A stretch of DNA of 13,595 nt, counting the filler. It is 2 parts of 2 records of this genome, joined end to end, with 100 filler letters (N's around TTAATTAATTAA, not from the genome) between each part and the next. Parts side by side here need not be neighbours in the genome. Positions count along the whole stretch, not along the records: positions 1 to 7,719 come from SRR20825010_7311; positions 7,820 to 13,595 come from SRR20825010_7319. One strand, written 5' to 3'. Of the stretch, positions 7,519 to 13,595 are shown one piece after another; the stretch's first letter is position 1, and the number at the start of each line of letters is the position of its first letter. The notes under the pieces are model-generated. The model was not told the DNA's origin, did no database searches, and worked only from the letters and a program-made list of their open reading frames with translations. Position numbers and translations under genes: made by a program.

Positions 7519-7719
7519 GATCAAGCGACTAAGGGCACATGGCGGATGTCTTGGCGTCGAGAGGCGATGAAGGACGTGGGAACCTGCGAAAAGTCTGAGG
7601 GAGCCGGTAACCAGGCTGTGATCTCAGAATGTCCGAATGGGGAAACCCGGCCCGTATGGGTCATCGTGCACTGAATGCATAGGTGTACGAAGCGAACGTG
7701 GGGAACTGAAACATCTAAG
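7519..7719 (+). rRNA. rrl: 23S rRNA, 5' end only (truncated by the contig end)
   Basis: GATCAAGCGACTAAGGGCACATGGCGGATGTCTTGG...GAGGCGATGAAGGACGTG...CCGAATGGGGAAACCC...GGGGAACTGAAACATCTAAG matches the conserved 5' domain of bacterial 23S rRNA. Confidence 0.96.
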
Positions 7720-7819
7720 NNNNNNNNNNNNNNNNNNNNNNNNNNNNNNNNNNNNNNNNNNNNTTAATTAATTAANNNNNNNNNNNNNNNNNNNNNNNNN
7801 NNNNNNNNNNNNNNNNNNN
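7720..7819. other. Artificial contig-joining linker (44 N + TTAATTAATTAA + 44 N)
   Basis: Exactly 100 nt and symmetric. The palindromic core places stop codons in all six frames. Genes on both sides are cut at the linker and base composition changes abruptly. Confidence 0.97.
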
Positions 7820-8469
7820 AAGAGTTGGTCATTGCCCTGCCAAAGGGTCGGATACTGAAAGAGGTTATGCCGTTGATCCGTGCCGCCGGGATTGAGCCCG
7901 AACCGGCATTCGACGATCCGGCGAGCCGACTGCTGCAGTTCCGGACGAACCATCCCAATATATCGATCATTCGCGTCCGGTCATTCGACGTGGCGACTTT
8001 CGTTGCCTTCGGGGCCGCACAGTTGGGCGTAGCCGGGAACGATGTACTGCTGGAATTCGACTATCCGGAGATTTATGCACCGGTTGATCTTGATATCGGT
8101 CACTGCCATATCGCCATTGCCCAGCCGAAGGAACTCGAGGAGGATCGGGATCCCAGCCGCTGGAGCCATATCCGTATCGCAACGAAATATCCGAACCTGA
8201 CCCATAAATTCTTCGCGGAAGCAGGTATTCAGGCGGAATGCATCAAGCTTTCCGGCGCGATGGAGCTCGCGCCGGGACTTGGGCTTTGCCGACGTATCGT
8301 CGATCTGGTCTCGTCCGGGGCAACGCTTGAGGCGAACGGGCTCGTGGAGGTCGAGAAAATTCTCGATATAACGTCCCGTTTGGTCGTTAATCGCGCCGCC
8401 CTTAAGACCCGATCCGTCGAATTGAACGGCTGGATCGAAAAATTTCGAGAGGTCGTCAATGCCGCTTAA
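7820..8469 (+). CDS. hisG: ATP phosphoribosyltransferase, short form (HisGs), 5'-truncated by a few codons
   Basis: Motifs [47 protein letters not shown] and [16 protein letters not shown]. It lacks the C-terminal regulatory domain of long-form HisG. The frame is open back to the linker. Confidence 0.95.
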
Positions 8470-9751
8470 GCTGAATTCAAAAGATGCGGGCTTTGAGAAG
8501 GGCTTTACGGCTCTGCTCGATCAAAAACGCGAGGAAGACGGGGATGTCGATGCGATTGCTGCCGATATTCTCAAAGATGTTCGCGCGCGTGGTGACGCAG
8601 CGCTTCTTGACTATACCCGGAAGTTTGACCGGCTAGACCTCAGCGATGTGGCAAAACTGCGGGTGACAGACACCGAGATAAAGAACGCGGTTACGTCCTG
8701 CGACCAGGCAACGCTGGAGGCGCTTAAAACCGCCGCCGCCCGGATCGAGGATTACCACCGACGGCAGTTGCCAGAGGATCAGATGTACCAGGATGCCGCG
8801 GGCGTCTTCCTGGGTTATCGCTGGACGGCTATTGAAAATATCGGCCTTTATGTCCCGGGCGGACGGGCGACCTATCCCTCCTCCGTCCTGATGAATGCAA
8901 TTCCGGCCAAGGTCGCGGGCGCCTCTCGTCTTGTGATGGTTGTCCCGACGCCGGATGGTAATATCAATCCCATGGTCCTTGCGGCGGCTGATCTTTGCGG
9001 GATCGATGAAGTCTATCGCATCGGCGGCGCGCAAGCCATCGGAGCACTTGCCTACGGCACGGAGACAATTGCCCCCGTCGATAAGATCGTTGGCCCGGGG
9101 AATGCATATGTGGCGAGCGCGAAAAAGCAGGTTTTCGGGACTGTCGGCATCGATATGATTGCGGGCCCGTCAGAGATTCTGGTCGTTGCGGATAATCTGA
9201 ATGATCCGGCATGGATCGCGGCAGACCTGCTCAGCCAGGCGGAGCACGATCCCGTCGCACAGAGCATCCTGATCACTGATGACGAGGCATTTGGCGCCAG
9301 CGTTGAAAAGGCGATCGAAAGCCATCTTGCAAGTTTGGATCGCGCAGAAATCGCGAGATCGAGCTGGCAGGACTATGGCGCGATCATTACGGTCAAGGAT
9401 ATGGCGGAGGCCCCTGCCCTTGTTGACCGGATTGCCCCTGAGCATCTGGAGCTATGCGTTGATGACCCAGAGGCGCTTGCCGCGAAAATCCATCACGCCG
9501 GCGCGATTTTCCTAGGTCGCTACAGTCCGGAAGCGATCGGTGACTATGTCGCCGGGCCGAACCATGTGCTACCAACTTCCCGCACGGCACGGTTTTCATC
9601 CGGCCTTTCGACGCTGGATTTTGTCAAGCGGACCTCTCTCATGAAGCTGGATGCCGCGAGCCTCCGCCAGATAGGGCCTGCCGCCGTCGCTCTTGCCAAA
9701 TCGGAAGGATTGGGTGCCCACGCCCTTTCCGTCTCTATCCGATTAAACTAG
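8459..9751 (+). CDS. hisD: Histidinol dehydrogenase
   Basis: Motifs [67 protein letters not shown] and [13 protein letters not shown]. Overlaps the hisG stop. Confidence 0.97.
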   Translation: MPLKLNSKDAGFEKGFTALLDQKREEDGDVDAIAADILKDVRARGDAALLDYTRKFDRLDLSDVAKLRVTDTEIKNAVTSCDQATLEALKTAAARIEDYHRRQLPEDQMYQDAAGVFLGYRWTAIENIGLYVPGGRATYPSSVLMNAIPAKVAGASRLVMVVPTPDGNINPMVLAAADLCGIDEVYRIGGAQAIGALAYGTETIAPVDKIVGPGNAYVASAKKQVFGTVGIDMIAGPSEILVVADNLNDPAWIAADLLSQAEHDPVAQSILITDDEAFGASVEKAIESHLASLDRAEIARSSWQDYGAIITVKDMAEAPALVDRIAPEHLELCVDDPEALAAKIHHAGAIFLGRYSPEAIGDYVAGPNHVLPTSRTARFSSGLSTLDFVKRTSLMKLDAASLRQIGPAAVALAKSEGLGAHALSVSIRLN

Positions 9752-9779
9752 AGTGGCTGTGTAAGGAGCCCTTCAGGAT

Positions 9780-10259
9780 ATGTCCGATACACAGCACATC
9801 GTAAAAATAGCGCTCGACGAAAAGACCGTTGTCCGCCGCAATGCGGATATCGAGCATGAGCGCAAGGTAGCCATTTTCGACATTCTCGATCAAAACAGCT
9901 TTATCGTGAACGGCTTTGAAAACGACGGCCCCTATTCACTCCATCTCAGTATTGAAGACAACCGTCTGATCTTTGATGTTCGCACGGAAGACGATGCATC
10001 GGGGCTCGTGCGCATTCCGCTGCCGGTGATTTCCTTCCGCCGCATCATCAAGGATTATTTCCATGTCTGCGAAAGCTATTTCGATGCGATCAAATCGGCG
10101 TCCCCCTCCAAGATCGAGGCGATCGACATGGGGCGGCGCGGACTTCATAACGAAGGCTCGGAACTCCTGAAAGAACGGCTAAAAGACAAAGCGGAAACAG
10201 ATTTTGATACGGCACGGCGCCTTTTCACCCTGATGTGCATCCTCCACATAAGGGGCTAG
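9780..10259 (+). CDS. UPF0262 family protein (unknown function)
   Basis: Motifs EHERKVAIFD, IKDYFHVCESYFDAI, IEAIDMGRRGLHNEGS and DFDTARRLFTL are characteristic of the alphaproteobacterial UPF0262 family found after hisD. Confidence 0.88.
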   Translation: MSDTQHIVKIALDEKTVVRRNADIEHERKVAIFDILDQNSFIVNGFENDGPYSLHLSIEDNRLIFDVRTEDDASGLVRIPLPVISFRRIIKDYFHVCESYFDAIKSASPSKIEAIDMGRRGLHNEGSELLKERLKDKAETDFDTARRLFTLMCILHIRG

Positions 10260-10317
10260 CGATGATCGCCGGATCTGCATTTCTCTTTCACACTACCATT
10301 GTGGTCGGTATAACTAG

Positions 10318-10779
10318 ATGAGTGCACCGCCCTTCAGCGACGGATTGCCGGGCAGCGTCCTCTTTGCCTGCACCCATAACAGTATTCGGTCCGTCATGGC
10401 GGAGAATATTATGAAGAGCCTATACGGCCACGCCGTCTATGTGGACAGTGCCGGAGTTCGCGCGAAAACTGTCGATGGCTTCGCGGTAGAGGTTCTGGAT
10501 GAAATTGGGCTTGATGCATCCAATCATGTTGCGAAAGATTTTGATGATCTGGAGGATAGTTCCTTCGACATAATCATATCCCTCTCGCGTGAGGCCCATA
10601 AGAAGGCAGAGGAAATTAGCCGAACCAACGCATGTGAGACTGAATTATGGAACATTATTGACCCCTCACTTACCGAGGGAAACCGTGAAATGCGGCTAAA
10701 TGCTTATCGTCATACACGGGATGACCTATATGAGAAAATAAAGGCGCGATTTAGAACGGGCCCGGCCCCCCGGGTATAA
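10318..10779 (+). CDS. Low-molecular-weight protein tyrosine phosphatase / ArsC-like family protein
   Basis: P-loop VLFACTHNSIRSVMAE (C-x5-R), plus VDSAGV, FDIIISL and WNIIDPS. Confidence 0.88.
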   Translation: MSAPPFSDGLPGSVLFACTHNSIRSVMAENIMKSLYGHAVYVDSAGVRAKTVDGFAVEVLDEIGLDASNHVAKDFDDLEDSSFDIIISLSREAHKKAEEISRTNACETELWNIIDPSLTEGNREMRLNAYRHTRDDLYEKIKARFRTGPAPRV

Positions 10780-10921
10780 GAACTTCACCCGAGTTCTGTT
10801 GCGCTTTAGTCCAAGCAGTCTTGTTTTTCAGCTTTTTACATATCATTTTTAAGGAAATGCTTGCTTTTTAGCTATTGTGCCCCTTATTTTGCAGCATCCA
10901 AAATAACTGGAATAGGATTTT

Positions 10922-11140
10922 ATGGCGAAAGAAGAACTATTGGAATTTGAAGGAACCGTTACGGAATTGTTGCCCAATGCAATGTTTCGCGTTGTTCTGG
11001 AAAATGACCACGAAGTATTGGCCCACACCGCGGGCAAAATGCGCAAGCATCGCATTCGTGTATTGGCGGGCGACAAAGTCACCGTCGAAATGACACCCTA
11101 TGACCTGACAAAAGGCCGCATTACCTTCCGTTACAAGTAA
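10922..11140 (+). CDS. infA: Translation initiation factor IF-1
   Basis: 72 aa: [24 protein letters not shown]...[41 protein letters not shown] upstream. Confidence 0.98.
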   Translation: MAKEELLEFEGTVTELLPNAMFRVVLENDHEVLAHTAGKMRKHRIRVLAGDKVTVEMTPYDLTKGRITFRYK

Positions 11141-11150
11141 GGTAATCTTC

Positions 11151-11822
11151 ATGGGTGATCGAACAGACCTCCCCAAATCTACCGGGATGATAGCAGAGCG
11201 AGGAAGGCAAACAGCCCCGCCATCGTCACCCTCTCACCCATTTCTTGTTCTAGCCTCCGCCTCGCCGCGTCGCCTTGCGCTGCTTGAACAGATTGGGGTT
11301 AAGCCAGACTCTGTAGATCCGGCCGATATCGATGAGACCCCGCTGGCAAAAGAGCGTCCGCGCGACCTTGCCTTGCGTCTTGCCCGAGAAAAAGCGGCGG
11401 CTGTCGCCGAGCGGCATGAGAATGTTTTTCTCCTTTCTGCTGACACAGTTGTTGCGGTCGGGCGCAGGGCACTGGGTAAAGCTGACACCGAAGACGAGGC
11501 ACGCGCGTATCTCTCTTTGCTGTCAGGGCGACGGCATCAGGTTCATACAGGCGTCACTCTGATAACACCTGCCGGAAAAGCCATCTCCCGCGCTGTTTCC
11601 ACCGCGGTTATCTTTAAATCGCTGGATATCTTTGAAATCAACGCCTATATCGCTTCCGGTGAATGGTATGGCAAGGCCGGGGCATATGCCATACAGGGCC
11701 TTGCCGCCGCCCTCATCCGGCAAATTCAGGGATCCTACAGCAATGTGGTCGGGCTCCCCCTCTTTGAAGTATCGAATATGCTGCAAGGGAACGGTTTTCC
11801 GATTTGGGCAGGTCGCGATTGA
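11151..11822 (+). CDS. maf: Maf family nucleoside triphosphate pyrophosphatase (YhdE-type)
   Basis: Motifs LVLASASPRR, IDET, LAREKA, LSADTVV, LGKA, LSGRRHQVHTG, GKAGAYAIQG and GSYSNVVGLPL. The R/T/Q signature indicates the YhdE subfamily. The start may be 11151 or 11187. Confidence 0.93.
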   Translation: MGDRTDLPKSTGMIAERGRQTAPPSSPSHPFLVLASASPRRLALLEQIGVKPDSVDPADIDETPLAKERPRDLALRLAREKAAAVAERHENVFLLSADTVVAVGRRALGKADTEDEARAYLSLLSGRRHQVHTGVTLITPAGKAISRAVSTAVIFKSLDIFEINAYIASGEWYGKAGAYAIQGLAAALIRQIQGSYSNVVGLPLFEVSNMLQGNGFPIWAGRD

Positions 11823-13228
11823 TGCGGGAGACCTTGCTGATCGATGATGGCCCGTTCGAGACACGTGCGGCGGTACTGAAAGGCAATCAACTACTGGAAC
11901 TCCAAATTGAGCGAGCGGGCAATCTCTCGCGCATCGGTGATTTTTATAACGGCCGCGTTTCAAAAATTCTTCCCGATCTGAATATTGCCTTTCTCGATCT
12001 CGGGCCTGATGGTGATGGCTTCCTGCAACTTAGCGATATCCCGACCAACACAAGGAGCATAAGTACCGTAGTTCACGAAGGTGAAAAGCTGCTTGTTCAG
12101 GTTATCAAGGATGCAAAAGGCGAGAAAGGGCCTCAACTCGGATGCCGCTTTGCCTTGCACGGAGCAAACCTCATCTACCGGCCGCTCAGCAATGACATTG
12201 TGTTATCGAAAAGCATTAAAGCGCCAGAACAGCGCAATCGGCTGGAACGTCTGCTTGAAGGGCACGTGCAGGGCTGTGGCGTCACAGTCCGGACTTCCGC
12301 CCTATATGCCTCTGACGAAATACTCACACAGGAACTAGAAGCCATTTCGCACGAGTGGGCTGATATTCAGGCGGCGTGGAATATGGCAAAAAAGCCAGGT
12401 CCAATCGGACAGCGGAAAACACCGTTGACCAGTGTCCTGAAAAGCCTTCTCACCGCGAATATGGACGTGATCGTAAATAACGTCACGGCCCTCAACGAGA
12501 CGAGAAACTATGTCGCACAGCATATGCCCGGCATACAGCAACAGATCACACTCTGGGATCAGCAAACGTCACTTTTCGAAGAGATGAATGTCGAGACTGA
12601 ACTGGAAAAGGCCGTTAAGAAATCCGTACCGCTCACCTCGGGCGGAAATATTACCATTGAGCCCACAGAGGCAGCAGTCATCATCGATGTGAATTCAGCA
12701 GGGCAAACCCGCGCTGCCGGCACTCACTCCGCCGCCCTCACCACCAATCTCGAAGCAGCGCGGGAAATCTGCCACCAAATCCGGCTTCGCAATCTCAGCG
12801 GTATCATTATCATCGACTTTATTCAAATGAATGGCAAAGGTGAAGTGGAGAAACTCACCCAAACATTGCAGAACGCATTGGATCGGGATCCTCGCCCAAC
12901 CCGCCTGATCGGCATGACGGAACTGGGATTGATGCAGATGACTCGCAAACGCGGTCGGCCTGCATTGCACGAAATACTAAACCAGCCCTGCGAGATGTGC
13001 GAAGGCAGCGGATATGTTAGCAATGAGATCACAATCCTCAGCGAGGTTTATCGCGCCCTGCAGAACGAAGTACGCTTCTCCCGCCAGACGCGGCTCATGA
13101 TCGAGGCCGGAGAGAAACTTGCATCACAATTGCAAAGCCATCAAACTCTCATGGAGAAGGAACTCGCGAGACCAATTGCCATATCGACAAATATGCATTT
13201 CTCCGGTCTCGACTATAAAATAGGTTAA
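11822..13228 (+). CDS. rng: Ribonuclease E/G family protein (RNase G-like, 468 aa)
   Basis: ATG 11822 overlaps the maf stop (TGATG). S1 domain ([28 protein letters not shown]), 5'-sensor VRT, catalytic IIDVNS and [15 protein letters not shown], and Zn-link CEMCEGSG. Confidence 0.9.
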   Translation: MRETLLIDDGPFETRAAVLKGNQLLELQIERAGNLSRIGDFYNGRVSKILPDLNIAFLDLGPDGDGFLQLSDIPTNTRSISTVVHEGEKLLVQVIKDAKGEKGPQLGCRFALHGANLIYRPLSNDIVLSKSIKAPEQRNRLERLLEGHVQGCGVTVRTSALYASDEILTQELEAISHEWADIQAAWNMAKKPGPIGQRKTPLTSVLKSLLTANMDVIVNNVTALNETRNYVAQHMPGIQQQITLWDQQTSLFEEMNVETELEKAVKKSVPLTSGGNITIEPTEAAVIIDVNSAGQTRAAGTHSAALTTNLEAAREICHQIRLRNLSGIIIIDFIQMNGKGEVEKLTQTLQNALDRDPRPTRLIGMTELGLMQMTRKRGRPALHEILNQPCEMCEGSGYVSNEITILSEVYRALQNEVRFSRQTRLMIEAGEKLASQLQSHQTLMEKELARPIAISTNMHFSGLDYKIG

Positions 13229-13413
13229 TGACAATGGAAGACGCTAACGAACCGGTAAAACCTTGCCCGCAATGCGGCAAACCGGGCGTGCATAAATTTC
13301 GCCCCTTTTGCTCCGCCCGCTGCAAGCAGGTTGACCTCGGCAAATGGTTTAACGAGGCTTATGTAATCCCGGGAGAAGAAACCATCCCGGCCAATGACGA
13401 GGACGGCGAATAG
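13228..13413 (+). CDS. yacG: DNA gyrase inhibitor YacG (zinc finger)
   Basis: CPQCGK...[17 protein letters not shown] motif. TAATG overlap with the rng stop. Confidence 0.93.
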   Translation: MTMEDANEPVKPCPQCGKPGVHKFRPFCSARCKQVDLGKWFNEAYVIPGEETIPANDEDGE

Positions 13414-13497
13414 CGGCATATTTCCCCACCAGCGGCATAGTGAAAAGTCCTTGTCTCTTCCTCCCGTGACTTTTGCGTATTTTTAGCTTAAGACCTC

Positions 13498-13526
13498 TGG
13501 ACAGCCTCAACTATTTCTTTTATAAA
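13498..13526 (+). promoter_or_regulatory. Sigma70-type promoter for the tRNA gene
   Basis: -35 TGGACA (13498-13503), 17-nt spacer and -10 TATAAA (13521-13526), about 40 nt upstream of the tRNA. Confidence 0.6.
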
Positions 13527-13567
13527 CCTGCTTCCTCGCCCATATGGCGGCGCGTACAGCGCAATAT

Positions 13568-13595
13568 GCCCAGGTAGCTCAGTTGGTAGAGCAGC
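13568..13595 (+). tRNA. tRNA 5' portion, probably tRNA-Phe (truncated by the window end before the anticodon)
   Basis: GCCCAGG-TA-GCTCAGTTGGTAGAGC-AGC gives the acceptor strand and D-arm. Identity is inferred from similarity to alphaproteobacterial tRNA-Phe and the usual position after yacG; the anticodon is not visible. Confidence 0.8.

Noticed and set aside
6997..7674. ORFs 6997-7524 (-) and 7390-7674 (+)
   Set aside because: They overlap the rRNA promoter, leader and 23S sequence, so they are spurious.
7764..7775. TTAATTAATTAA palindrome as a biological site
   Set aside because: It is flanked by equal N runs and is a synthetic six-frame-stop spacer.
7519..8469. Apparent insertion of his genes into 23S rRNA or a horizontally transferred island
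   Set aside because: The adjacency is created by the artificial linker, not by real contiguity.
10780..10921. AT-rich region before infA with a possible TTGCTT...TATTTT promoter and a 6-bp hairpin
   Set aside because: Several equally weak hexamer pairings exist. A promoter is plausible but cannot be placed.
13412..13470. 9-bp direct repeat AGCGGCATA (13412, 13431) and inverted repeat AAAAGTC/GACTTTT after yacG
   Set aside because: The repeats are too short, and the loop too long, to call an operator, att site or terminator with any confidence.

Overview
The window is two unrelated contigs joined by an artificial 100-nt linker (44 N + TTAATTAATTAA + 44 N, 7720-7819). The left piece (1-7719) is very GC-rich and looks Planctomycetota/Phycisphaerae-like (inference). 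It carries the 3' part of a MEMO1/AmmeMemoRadiSam protein B gene, a small membrane protein gene, a structured leader, and a three-gene type IV pilus/T2SS-type inner-membrane platform cluster (PilM-PilN fusion, enlarged PilO-like protein, 716-aa unknown membrane-anchored protein). It ends with a 23S rRNA gene that has its own promoter and boxA and no 16S upstream. The right piece (7820-13595) has lower GC and an alphaproteobacterial gene order: hisG(short)-hisD-UPF0262-LMW phosphatase-infA-maf-rng-yacG-tRNA(Phe-like, cut by the window end). The best candidates for something undescribed are the remodelled PilMN/PilO/unknown-protein platform and the three-way-junction RNA fold in front of it. No mobile element, CRISPR array or defence system was seen.
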